From Delftia acidovorans NBRC 14950 (GTDB taxonomy: Bacteria > Pseudomonadota > Gammaproteobacteria > Burkholderiales > Burkholderiaceae_C), in contig NZ_BCZP01000031.1 of the NCBI RefSeq assembly GCF_001598795.1, forward strand, positions 20,982-52,981: 32,000 nucleotides of DNA, read 5' to 3'. The translations under genes and the position numbers were made by a program. Below the pieces are notes generated by a model. That model saw only the letters and a list, made by a program, of their open reading frames with translations. It was not told the DNA's origin and ran no database searches. This document shows, one piece after another, positions 18,205 to 26,995 of this stretch; position 1 is the first letter of the stretch, and the number at the start of each line of letters is the position of its first letter.

Positions 18205-18590
18205 CAGTCGATCCTCTGCAGGCTTTCGATCGTCTCCAGCAGCTTCAATGTGCTGAAGGGCTTGACCAGGTATTCGTCGGCTCCGGCGAGGATGCCCGCC
18301 TTGCGGTCTTCGGCGCTGCCCCGGGCCGTCAGCAGGATGACCAGCGTATGCAGCAGCTCGTAGGAGCTCTTGATGCGGCTGCAAACCTCCAGGCCATTGA
18401 TGGTGCCCGGCATCATGATGTCGAGCAGGACGATGTCGGGCCTGAGCCTCTGGGCCATCGTCCAGGCTTCATCGCCGTCACAAGCCTCTACGACTTCGAA
18501 GTCACGGAGTTCCAGCGTCATGCGCAGCAGCTTGCGGATGTCTGCATGGTCTTCGACGATGAGTATTTTTTGCATGGGGAGATCTTTCAT
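18204..18590 (-). CDS. single-domain CheY-like response regulator (receiver only)
   Basis: KILIVEDHADI, IVLLDIMMPG, LLTARG and YLVKPF give all canonical receiver residues. An alternative start at 18575 (MQKILIVED) is possible; no clear RBS for either. Confidence 0.85.
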   Translation of the reverse strand: MKDLPMQKILIVEDHADIRKLLRMTLELRDFEVVEACDGDEAWTMAQRLRPDIVLLDIMMPGTINGLEVCSRIKSSYELLHTLVILLTARGSAEDRKAGILAGADEYLVKPFSTLKLLETIESLQRID

Positions 18591-18628
18591 GCCGAAACGG
18601 AAATTTGATCCGACATGTGAATCATAAA

Positions 18629-18645
18629 TATCAATTTCATCAAAT
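18629..18645. promoter_or_regulatory. AT-rich 17-mer TATCAATTTCATCAAAT upstream of the REC/HD-GYP operon
   Basis: Matches 16/17 positions with 22144-22160 upstream of cheW. Additional ATTTGAT heptamer at 18603-18609. Confidence 0.3.
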
Positions 18646-18842
18646 TTTATTGAAATTTTCTATCAGATCCACGCCGGGCAAGGTGCTCCGGTGGGCGCGA
18701 CCCATGCACGATCGCGACAAGTCGCAGGCAGGCAAAACGCTTGGGGGGCAGAAGGCGCAACTGAGCCGCCAGCCGGGCAGGTGGCAGCCCTGAGGCAGGT
18801 TCGTCGCAGACCTGCCGCTGCGCCTGTGCGCAGGGCCCGTTC

Positions 18843-20078
18843 CTAGGCCTCGTCCTTCCACAGTGCATCGAGATCGGTGAAGCCCCATTTCGCAGGGTCT
18901 TCCCGGCTGACGATCTTCTCCGTGCACCCAGGCCGGGCCAGGTCAACGGTCTCCGGTGCCATCCGCATGCCGCTGGCCGTGGAATAGAACACCTTGACCT
19001 GCGGACAGGTCAGGGACTGGCGGCCCGGGTCGATGACCACACCCAGCCTGCCCGTGGTCAGCCGCACCAGGGAGCCCACCGGATAGATGCCTATGCTTTT
19101 GACGAAGGCCTGGAAAACGGTCTTGTCGAAGTGGCCGGCACTCCATTCGGCCATCTTGTGCACCGCCTCCGCAGGATCCCAGCCGCGCTTGTAGGGGCGG
19201 TCCGAGGTGATGGCGTCGTAGACATCGCAAACCGCGCCCATCTTCGCGAACAGGCTGATGTCCTCGCCGCGCAGCCTGTGGGGGTAGCCCGTGCCATCCA
19301 CCTTCTCGTGGTGGTGAAGGCAGACGTCCAGCACGACCGGGTCATCGACGCCACCGGCCTTGAGCAACTCCAGGCCTCGCGCCGGATGCTCACGCATCTC
19401 GATGAACTCCTGGTCCGTCAGGCGCCCCGGCTTGTTCAGGATGGCGGTGGCGACAGCCATCTTTCCGATATCGTGCAGCAGGCCCGCATAGCCCGCCTCG
19501 CGCACCTGCTGCGGTGGCAGGTCGAGTTGGCGTGCCAGCACGATCATCAAGGCGCAGACCGCCACCGAGTGCATGTAGGTGTAGTCGTCGCTGGTCTTGA
19601 GCCTGGCGATGCTGACCATGGCGCTCGGATTGCGGATGATCGAATCGGACACCTCGGCGACCACGGAGCGGGCCTCGTCCTGGTTGATCTCCCTGCCCAT
19701 GCGCACCTCGCGGAACATGGCGGTGATCGCCTGCCTGGACTGGTGGCAGATGCGGGCGGCCCGCTTCACCTCCTCCTCGAAGGCAACGGGCCGCAGCTCG
19801 CACTCCAACTCGGCCAGCTGCGAGATCTCGGACAGTTGGGCGTCGATCACGGTGTCCACCTGCTCGCGGGTGAAAGACGGCCCGCCTTGCGCAACATCCA
19901 GGCCCTTGGCGGTATCGATCCACACTTCCTGGATGGGGGACTGCAGGATCCTCGCCAGGTCGGCAGGGTCTTGCAGCTTGAAGCGGCTGCGCCAGAACGG
20001 GTGTTCCATCCAGCTGCCGCAAAAGCATTCAAGAAACATGCCCAGCCGCAACTGGCGCACGCTGATGCGCTTGATCAT
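18843..20078 (-). CDS. HD-GYP domain protein with DUF3391-type N-terminal domain
   Basis: MIKRISVRQLRLGMFLECFCGSWMEHPFW (DUF3391-like), GLLHDIGKMAV, HHHEKVDGTGYPHRL. The ATG at 20078 is preferred over the GTG at 20093. Confidence 0.85.
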   Translation of the reverse strand: MIKRISVRQLRLGMFLECFCGSWMEHPFWRSRFKLQDPADLARILQSPIQEVWIDTAKGLDVAQGGPSFTREQVDTVIDAQLSEISQLAELECELRPVAFEEEVKRAARICHQSRQAITAMFREVRMGREINQDEARSVVAEVSDSIIRNPSAMVSIARLKTSDDYTYMHSVAVCALMIVLARQLDLPPQQVREAGYAGLLHDIGKMAVATAILNKPGRLTDQEFIEMREHPARGLELLKAGGVDDPVVLDVCLHHHEKVDGTGYPHRLRGEDISLFAKMGAVCDVYDAITSDRPYKRGWDPAEAVHKMAEWSAGHFDKTVFQAFVKSIGIYPVGSLVRLTTGRLGVVIDPGRQSLTCPQVKVFYSTASGMRMAPETVDLARPGCTEKIVSREDPAKWGFTDLDALWKDEA

Positions 20079-20152
20079 GAACTCGGACCCCACAACGGCT
20101 CACATGTATGCACCATCTTGCCGCCTTTTGCCTGCTTCGGTACGAATCCAGG

Positions 20153-21850
20153 TCAGAAGGCTGCCCATTCCTCATCCTTGACCTGCGGCTGCGCACGGGC
20201 AGGCGACAGGCGTGGCGGCCTGGAGGGCTGCGCTTGCCTGGGGGCCATGGCCTGGGCGGTCGCGGCGCGCGGCCCGCCAGGCTGGCTTGCGCCATGCTCG
20301 GGATGCATCTTGAAGGTGGAGACGATCTGCGCCAGGGCGGCGGCCTGCTGCTCCAGGCTGCCTGCAGCGGCCGAGCTTTGCTCGACCAGCGCCGCATTCT
20401 GCTGCGTCATCTGGTCGAGCTGGCTCACCGCCTCGCCGACCTGACGGATGCCCACCGCCTGCTCGGCCGATGCGCTGGAGATCTCGCTGATCATGGTGTC
20501 CACGCTGCGCACCTGCTCCACGATGCGGCCCATCTGCTCGCCGGCCCGGGTGGCCACCTCGGTGCCCTGCTCGACCTTTTGCAGGTTGGCGCCGATCAGC
20601 TCCTTGATCTCCTTGGCCGCCGTGCCCGAGCGCTGGGCCAGCGCGCGCACCTCGCTGGCGACCACCGCGAAGCCCCGGCCCTGCTCGCCGGCCCGCGCGG
20701 CCTCCACGGCTGCGTTGAGCGCCAGGATATTGGTCTGGAAGGCAATGGCGTCGATGACGTTCGTGATCTCGGCAATCTTGCGCGAGGCCTCCGAGATGTC
20801 CTGCATGGTATGCACCACCAGGGCCACGGACTTGCCCCCCTCGACAGCGGAGGCCGAGGCGGCCGAGGCCACCTTGTTGGCCTGCTGGGCCGTGTCTGCA
20901 TTCGTGCGCACCGTGGCTGTGAGTTCCTCCATCGAGGCAGCCGTCTCCTCAAGGTTGCTGGCCTGCTGCTCGGTGCGCTGGCTCAGGTCCAGGCTGCCAG
21001 AGGCGATCTCGCTCGATCCCGTGGCAATGGAGTCGCTGCTCTGGCGTACACGGCCCATGATTTCACGCAGCTTGTCGTTCATGCTGCTCATGGCGGAGAG
21101 CAACTGGGCTGGCTCGTCCCTGCCCTGCACCACGATGTTGGCCGTGAGGTCGCCGTGCGCCACGGTGTCCACCACCGAGACCGCCATGCGCAGGGGCTCG
21201 GTGATCGAGCGCGTGATCGCCCAGGCCAGCACGGCGCCCAAGACCACGGCCAGGGCGGCCAGGCCGCCGAGCAGGTACAGCGCCAGGTGGTAGTCCTTCT
21301 CGGCCTGCTCGGTGGCCTTGCGTCCGCCTTCCTGGTTCAGCGCGATGTCCTGGCCGACGACGTCCATGAGTTGGGCGAATGCCTGAGCGGCCGCGCCCGT
21401 GGCCATTGCGCGCGCCTGGGCTGCCTGCTCGGGCCCCCCACTGGACAGCTCCACCATCTTGCGGTCAGCGGCGCGGGCCGCGTTCCACAGCACCAGCATC
21501 CTGTCATACAGCTGCCGCTCCTCAGGCGAGGACACCAGCTTTTCATAGACGGCCAGCTCCGACTCCAGGGTTTTTTGGGCCTGCAGCAGCAGGTCCTCCT
21601 GGGCGCGCTTCCTTTGCGCGTCCACCTCGATCACGTGGCGCAGCCCCGCGCGGCGTGCCGCGTTGGCCGTGGCCCGGATCGAGGCCAGCACATTGGTGGA
21701 AGGCAGCCAGTTGGTGCCCAGGTCGTTGGCATTGAACTGGACCCGGGCGATCTGCAGGGAGCCGATGGCCGCCACCGTGCTGAGCAGCAGCAGGAGCAGG
21801 GTGAAGGCAACGATGAGCCGTGTGCGGATGGACAGAAGGCGGAGGAACAT
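20153..21850 (-). CDS. methyl-accepting chemotaxis protein (four-helix-bundle sensor, HAMP, MA domain) with C-terminal xWxxF pentapeptide
   Basis: TM-sensor-TM-HAMP, conserved hairpin [41 protein letters not shown]-terminus ...DEEWAAF. GGGAG RBS precedes the ATG at 21850. Confidence 0.9.
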   Translation of the reverse strand: MFLRLLSIRTRLIVAFTLLLLLLSTVAAIGSLQIARVQFNANDLGTNWLPSTNVLASIRATANAARRAGLRHVIEVDAQRKRAQEDLLLQAQKTLESELAVYEKLVSSPEERQLYDRMLVLWNAARAADRKMVELSSGGPEQAAQARAMATGAAAQAFAQLMDVVGQDIALNQEGGRKATEQAEKDYHLALYLLGGLAALAVVLGAVLAWAITRSITEPLRMAVSVVDTVAHGDLTANIVVQGRDEPAQLLSAMSSMNDKLREIMGRVRQSSDSIATGSSEIASGSLDLSQRTEQQASNLEETAASMEELTATVRTNADTAQQANKVASAASASAVEGGKSVALVVHTMQDISEASRKIAEITNVIDAIAFQTNILALNAAVEAARAGEQGRGFAVVASEVRALAQRSGTAAKEIKELIGANLQKVEQGTEVATRAGEQMGRIVEQVRSVDTMISEISSASAEQAVGIRQVGEAVSQLDQMTQQNAALVEQSSAAAGSLEQQAAALAQIVSTFKMHPEHGASQPGGPRAATAQAMAPRQAQPSRPPRLSPARAQPQVKDEEWAAF

Positions 21851-22143
21851 GGTGGGGGCTCCCGGGATGCGGTTGGTAATTTTGATCAATATGATTTATT
21901 TGATAATTTACCAAGCTTGCGCCCATCTTGAGTGATTGAATTTATCAATTCAGTTTCTCTGGGCCATTGCTCCGGGATGCGCTGCGCCCGAGCCATCACC
22001 CAGTCCTCTACCTCTCTGGATAAGCGGTCGCCACAGTGCAGCAGCGCTTGGTGACGCGTTCCGGCTGGCTCGCGCGGCGAGGCATCAAGCCCACCAAAAA
22101 TGTAACAACCGGTTGTGCTGTTCTTTGCTCTCTGTTAAATTTT

Positions 22144-22169
22144 TATCAAATTCATCAAATAAATTTGAT
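22144..22169. promoter_or_regulatory. AT-rich motif cluster upstream of cheW: 17-mer TATCAAATTCATCAAAT plus perfect palindrome ATCAAAT-AA-ATTTGAT
   Basis: The palindrome spans 22154-22169, 14 nt upstream of the cheW ATG. The 17-mer at 22144-22160 is shared with 18629-18645. Confidence 0.35.
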
Positions 22170-22182
22170 TGGAGTGATAAAG

Positions 22183-22659
22183 ATGCCGCATGCACTGAAG
22201 ACCGACACCACCAAGCAATGGCTCTCCTTCCGTGTGGACGATGAGGAGTTCGGCATCGACCTGCTGCAAGTGCAGGAGATCCGGTCCTACGAGTCGCCCA
22301 TGCGCATTGCCAACGGCCCTGCCTACTTCAACGGCGTGCTGGAACTGCGCGGAGAGGTCATTCCCGTCATCGATCTGCGGCTCAGGCTGGGGCTTGCGCC
22401 CAAGCCGTACGACGCCTGCACCGTGACCATCATGCTGCGCCTGCCTGGCGGAGTGACGGGCATGGTGGTGGAGGGGGTCACCGACGTGGTGACGCTCATG
22501 CCGCAGGACCTGCGCGCCGTGCCCGCCATGGGCGGGGGCCTGGTCAATGACTGCCTGCTGGCCATGGGCGTGCTCGAGAAGCGTTCGCTGCTGCTCATCG
22601 ATGCCGACAAGCTCCTGGCGACGGCCACGGCAGCCCTGCCGGACTGCGCTGCGAGCTGA
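22183..22659 (+). CDS. cheW: chemotaxis coupling protein CheW
   Basis: [36 protein letters not shown]...[22 protein letters not shown] is the canonical CheW fold signature. GGAG RBS at 22171-22174. Confidence 0.9.
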   Translation: MPHALKTDTTKQWLSFRVDDEEFGIDLLQVQEIRSYESPMRIANGPAYFNGVLELRGEVIPVIDLRLRLGLAPKPYDACTVTIMLRLPGGVTGMVVEGVTDVVTLMPQDLRAVPAMGGGLVNDCLLAMGVLEKRSLLLIDADKLLATATAALPDCAAS

Positions 22660-22730
22660 GCAATGTGCTCCGGCACGCCCCTTTTCCCCGCCCGTACACC
22701 GCAATTTGCCCATCCCACTGGAGACGCGTC

Positions 22731-24485
22731 ATGAATCCTCGCTTCTGGACTGTCAAGACCAAACTTTCCGCGGCCTTCACTTGCCTGGCGCTTCTCACCA
22801 TGGTGGTGTCCCTGCTGGCCCTTCAGGCGTTGAGCGAGGCAAATCTGAATCTTGTCCGCTTTGTCGAAGGCATCAACGCCCGTGCACACTTGGCAGAGAG
22901 GGTTCGCACAGCCGTGGACCGCCGGGCGATCGCGGCGCGCAACCTGGTGCTGGTGACCTCGCCTGCAGACCTGGCGGCGGAGAAGGATGCCGTGACCTCC
23001 GCGCACACCGACGTCAACACCTCGCTGGCCGAACTCCAGGCCAAAATGGCTTCGAAGGATGTTGCGGCCGATGCACGCGATCTGGTTGCCAAAATTGCGG
23101 GCGTGGAGCAACGGTATGGACCGGTCGCTACCGACATCGTGTCCCTGGCTCTGCAAAACCAGAAGGAGGCAGCGATCCGCAAGATGAACGAAGAGTGCCG
23201 GCCCTTGTTGGCGCAGCTGATCGAGGCCACCCGCCAGTACAGTGAACTGACCCGCCTGCGTTCACAGCAGATGATCGAGGAGGCCGCGCAGGCCTACGCG
23301 CACCGCAGAAACATACTGATCGCCGCCAGCGTCATGGCCTTTGTCCTGGCTGTGCTGATGGGGCAACTGATAGCACGCGGCCTGACGCGTGCCCTGGGTG
23401 CGGAGCCGGCACAACTGGGCGACGTCGCGCAACAGATTGCCCAGGGCAATCTCAGCCCTGAATTGCTTCGCCACCAAGCCCCTGAAGGCAGCGTCCAGGC
23501 ATCGCTCAATGCCATGCTCAAGAGTCTGGTCTCTGTCGTCCATGAAGTTCGCAACAATGCCGACGGGGTCGCCGGCGGCAGCACGGAAATCGCCAATGGC
23601 AATGCCGACTTGAGCCAGCGCACCGAACAGCAGGCCAGTGCCTTGCAGGAGACCGCAGCGTCGATGGAGCAGCTGTCGACCACCGTCAAGCAAAACGCGG
23701 ACAACGCCAGGCAGGTCAATCAACTCGCCTTGGGAGCAAGCCAGGTGGCCACCAAGGGCGGCGGCTCCGTGCAGGAGGTCGTCAATGCGATGCAGGACAT
23801 CAGCGAAAGCTCGCGCCAGATCGGCGAAATCGTGGGCGTGATCGACGGCATCGCGTTCCAGACCAACATCCTGGCGCTCAACGCCGCGGTCGAGGCGGCC
23901 CGCGCGGGCGAGCAGGGAAAAGGCTTTGCCGTGGTGGCCGGTGAGGTGCGCAACCTGGCGCAGCGCAGCGCGCAGGCAGCCCGGGAAATCAAGCAGCTCA
24001 TCGCCACCAGCGCCACTCGCGTCAAACAGGGTACCGAGCTGGCTGACCAAGCCGGAGCCACCATGGCGGAAGTGCTGCATTCCATCCAGCGCGTGACAGA
24101 TCTCATGGGTGAGATCAGCAGTGCCAGTGATGAGCAAAGCGCGGGGGTAGCGCAGGTCGGCAAGGCCGTCAGCCAGATGGACCAGGTAACGCAGCAAAAT
24201 GCGGCGCTGGTGGAGGAAAGTGCGGCGGCAGCGGCCAGCCTCAGAACGCAGGCACAGCAGCTGGTGCAGGCCGTGTCGATCTTCCAGCTGGGAGGCCATG
24301 CGGCGCAGCTTTCCTCAACCCCGCCGCTCCCGCAACCGACGGTGCGGGCGCGCAAGCCGGCACCCGCGACAGCGGCACTCCCCGCACGCCAGGCTGCCCG
24401 GCCCGTGCTGCGCCCCGTGAGCCCGGTGAGCCCTGCGCACAAGCAGGCGCAAGCGCAGGAGCAGGACGACTGGGTGTCGTTCTGA
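22731..24485 (+). CDS. methyl-accepting chemotaxis protein with C-terminal xWxxF pentapeptide
   Basis: TM-sensor-TM-HAMP, [40 protein letters not shown], Pro/Ala/Gln-rich tail ending ...[16 protein letters not shown] lies 6 nt upstream of the ATG at 22731. Confidence 0.9.
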   Translation: MNPRFWTVKTKLSAAFTCLALLTMVVSLLALQALSEANLNLVRFVEGINARAHLAERVRTAVDRRAIAARNLVLVTSPADLAAEKDAVTSAHTDVNTSLAELQAKMASKDVAADARDLVAKIAGVEQRYGPVATDIVSLALQNQKEAAIRKMNEECRPLLAQLIEATRQYSELTRLRSQQMIEEAAQAYAHRRNILIAASVMAFVLAVLMGQLIARGLTRALGAEPAQLGDVAQQIAQGNLSPELLRHQAPEGSVQASLNAMLKSLVSVVHEVRNNADGVAGGSTEIANGNADLSQRTEQQASALQETAASMEQLSTTVKQNADNARQVNQLALGASQVATKGGGSVQEVVNAMQDISESSRQIGEIVGVIDGIAFQTNILALNAAVEAARAGEQGKGFAVVAGEVRNLAQRSAQAAREIKQLIATSATRVKQGTELADQAGATMAEVLHSIQRVTDLMGEISSASDEQSAGVAQVGKAVSQMDQVTQQNAALVEESAAAAASLRTQAQQLVQAVSIFQLGGHAAQLSSTPPLPQPTVRARKPAPATAALPARQAARPVLRPVSPVSPAHKQAQAQEQDDWVSF

Positions 24486-24631
24486 TCAACGGCCCCTTGC
24501 GAGCGCCGGGGTGCGCGGCCGCCGCCATGCCGGGTCTGCCAGGGGCCGCAGGGCCCAAGTCCAGGGCCCGTGCAAGTTCTGATATTTTCAGCGCTGTTCC
24601 TGCGCAGGCAGCCCCCGGTTATCGATACTCC

Positions 24632-25315
24632 ATGGCCATGATTGCAAACCTTATTCCGTTGAACCCCACGCACCTGGATGCCGCCATCGTCGATCTCGAC
24701 GGCACCATGGTCAACACCCTGGGCGACTTCGCCGAAGCCCTCAACCGCATGCTGGCGGACCTGCAACTGCCGGCCATCGCCCCGCAGGCCATAGAGAACA
24801 TGGTGGGCAAGGGCTCGGAGCACCTGATCCGATCGGTGCTGGCCCATGTGGGCGCGGCCGACGTGGACGCCGCCTATGACCAGGCCTGGACACGCTACGA
24901 ACACCATTACCTGCAGCTCAACGGCCAGTTCGCCGATGTCTACCCGGGCGTGCTCGAAGGCCTGCAGGCATTGCGCGCACGCGGCCTGCGCCTGGCCTGC
25001 CTGACCAACAAGCCGCTGTCCTTCGCGCAGCCGCTGCTGGAGCAAAAAGGCCTGGCGCCGCTGTTCGAGCAGGTCTTCGGCGGGGACTCCTTCGAGCGCA
25101 AGAAGCCCGACCCTCTGCCCCTGCTCAAGACCTGCGAGGCCCTGGGCACCTCCCCCGCGCGCACGCTGATGCTGGGTGACTCCAGCAACGACGCCCAGGC
25201 CGCGCGCGCCGCGGGCTGCCCCGTGGTGCTGGTCAGCTACGGCTATAACCACGGCCAGCCCGTGCGCCAGGTCGATGCCGACGGCTTTGTCGATGCGCTG
25301 ACCGAGCTGGCCTGA
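24632..25315 (+). CDS. gph: HAD-superfamily phosphoglycolate phosphatase
   Basis: DLDGTMVNT (motif I), LTNKP (motif II), KKPDP, GDSSNDAQAARAAG (motif IV). Start ATG at 24632 (or 24638). Confidence 0.75.
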   Translation: MAMIANLIPLNPTHLDAAIVDLDGTMVNTLGDFAEALNRMLADLQLPAIAPQAIENMVGKGSEHLIRSVLAHVGAADVDAAYDQAWTRYEHHYLQLNGQFADVYPGVLEGLQALRARGLRLACLTNKPLSFAQPLLEQKGLAPLFEQVFGGDSFERKKPDPLPLLKTCEALGTSPARTLMLGDSSNDAQAARAAGCPVVLVSYGYNHGQPVRQVDADGFVDALTELA

Positions 25316-25467
25316 CCTGCTGGGGCTTGGTGTCGGTGTTGTTGAGAGAAGAATGAGGTTTGGTGATGGTTAACGCACTTTGACGGTGCGATTTATGTTT
25401 TTGCTAGAGTCGTCTGCTTTGCCATCCTGGCCGTAATCCGGCCACAGACAAGGAGGAAGCACGCGAC

Positions 25468-26763
25468 ATGCACGGACTGCACCTGACCGCCGATCTCTAC
25501 CAATGCCAGGGCGACGCGCGCCACATGCTCGACGCCGACGCCATCGCCGCCCTGTGCCGCGCACAGACCGCGCAGGCCGGCCTGACCCTGGTGGAGGACC
25601 GCTGGGTCAAGTTCCCGGACTACCAGGGCCAGCCCGGCGGCGTCACCGGCACCGTGCTGCTGGCCGAATCGCATCTGGCCATACACACCTGGCCCGAGAC
25701 CGGGTGCGTCACCGTCGATGTCTACGTCTGCAATTTCTCCGCCGACAACTCGGGCAAGGCCCGCGCGCTGATGGAGGGCGTGATCGCCGCCTACGCGCCG
25801 GGCCGCGTCGTGCGCCAGCAGCTCATGCGCGGCGACATCGGCCCCGGCGCCAAGGACGAGGCGGCGGCCGATGAGGGCGATTGGGCGCTGGAGGCGCTCA
25901 CGCCCCATGCGCGCTTTGGCTGGCGCGCCACGCGGCGCGAAACCGTGCAGACGCCCCATCAGGAACTGGAGCTGCTGCACACGCCGCAGTTCGGCAAGGT
26001 GCTGCGCCTGGACGGGCGCTTCATGACCTCCGAAGGCGAGGAATTCTTCTACCACGAGGCCCTGGTCCACCCCGCGGCCCTGGCCCACCCGGCGCCGCGC
26101 AAGGCGCTGATCCTGGGCGGCGGCGACGGCGGCGCGGCCGAGGAGCTGCTCAAGCACCCGTCCATGGAGCAGGTGGTGGTGGCCGAGCTGGACGAGGCCG
26201 TGGTCCAGGCCGCACGCACGCACCTGCAGCAGGTGCACCGCGGCGTGTTCGATGACCCGCGCCTGCAGCTGCGCATAGGCGACGGCATGGCCATGGTGGA
26301 GCACACCGAAGAGCGTTTCGACCTCGCGCTCATGGACCTCACCGACCCCGACACGCCTGCCAGCGCGCTGTACTCCGACCAGGCCCTGGCGCGCATGAAG
26401 CGCGTGCTGGCGCCGGGCGGCGCCCTGGTGCTGCACCTGGGCAGCCCCGTCTTCCATGGCGGGCAGGTCGCGCGGCTGGTGGCCAGCCTGCGCGAGCGCT
26501 TTGCCATCGTGCGCTGCTACGGCCTCTACATCCCCCTGTACGGCGCCTACTGGGGCCTGGCCGTGGCCTCCGACACGCTGGACGCGGCGGCGCTGCCCCC
26601 CGCCCAGCTGCGCCAGCGCCTGGCCGAGCGCCGCCTGCCCGACCTGCGCTACTACAACGCCGAAGTGCACCCCGCACTGTTCGCGCTGCCCAACTATTAC
26701 CGCGACCTGGTGCAGCCCGCGCCCCTGGCGGCGCTGCCCCCGCGCGCGGTCCGCGTCGCCTGA
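25468..26763 (+). CDS. fusion protein: pyruvoyl-dependent S-adenosylmethionine decarboxylase (SpeD/SpeH-type) N-terminal domain plus spermidine synthase/aminopropyltransferase (SpeE-type) C-terminal domain
   Basis: N-terminal domain has LLAESHLAIHTWPE (self-processing Glu-Ser site). C-terminal domain has LILGGGDGGAAEELLKH, VAELD, DLTDP. AGGAGG RBS at 25451-25456. Confidence 0.85.
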   Translation: MHGLHLTADLYQCQGDARHMLDADAIAALCRAQTAQAGLTLVEDRWVKFPDYQGQPGGVTGTVLLAESHLAIHTWPETGCVTVDVYVCNFSADNSGKARALMEGVIAAYAPGRVVRQQLMRGDIGPGAKDEAAADEGDWALEALTPHARFGWRATRRETVQTPHQELELLHTPQFGKVLRLDGRFMTSEGEEFFYHEALVHPAALAHPAPRKALILGGGDGGAAEELLKHPSMEQVVVAELDEAVVQAARTHLQQVHRGVFDDPRLQLRIGDGMAMVEHTEERFDLALMDLTDPDTPASALYSDQALARMKRVLAPGGALVLHLGSPVFHGGQVARLVASLRERFAIVRCYGLYIPLYGAYWGLAVASDTLDAAALPPAQLRQRLAERRLPDLRYYNAEVHPALFALPNYYRDLVQPAPLAALPPRAVRVA

Positions 26764-26875
26764 GCCTGGCCCGTTCTGGCAACGGGCCGAGCCCGGCCCG
26801 CTGCGGGGGCAACTGCGCGCCCGGCAGGGCAAATTTGACACAGTGCTGCAATCTGGTGGCAAGTCTGCTGTAATG

Positions 26876-26912
26876 AAAAACGGCGGGAAGGCCCGTGCGC
26901 CCGCCATTTTTC
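26876..26912 (+). terminator. rho-independent terminator downstream of the speD-speE fusion gene
   Basis: gaaaaacGGCGGGaaggcccgtgcgCCCGCCatttttcc: GC stem 26882-26887 / 26900-26905 followed by a T5 run, with an A5 run upstream. Confidence 0.65.
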
Positions 26913-26995
26913 CGGCTTCCTGGTAAGTATTCCGGGATATTGCGTGCTTGCAAAAACCATATCAACAGATAAAGCGCCAGACGCCCTGTATCAAA

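Noticed and set aside
22133-22172. Interpretation of the AT-rich cheW upstream motif as a sigma-28 (FliA) promoter (TAAA-N15-tCaaATAA) or as a FleQ box (GTCAnTAAATTGAC-like).
   Set aside because: Only 5 of 8 positions match the -10 element. The equivalent regions upstream of MCP1 and the REC operon do not fit. The half-site spacing differs by 2 nt from the FleQ consensus I remember. It is kept only as an unassigned motif.
21936-22244. 102-aa ORF (TTG start) and a 25-codon minus-strand ORF in the GC-rich core of the MCP/cheW intergenic region.
   Set aside because: There is no RBS and no motif. The 102-aa ORF runs across the AT-rich promoter and into cheW out of frame, so it is probably non-coding. 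The purpose of the GC-rich core remains unexplained.
26835-26912. Possible tiny sRNA: a TTGACA box followed about 40-70 nt later by a strong terminator.
   Set aside because: No -10 element lies at acceptable spacing from TTGACA (6 or 28 nt). The alternative weak promoter would start transcription inside the terminator. The hairpin is more simply the terminator of the speD-speE fusion gene.
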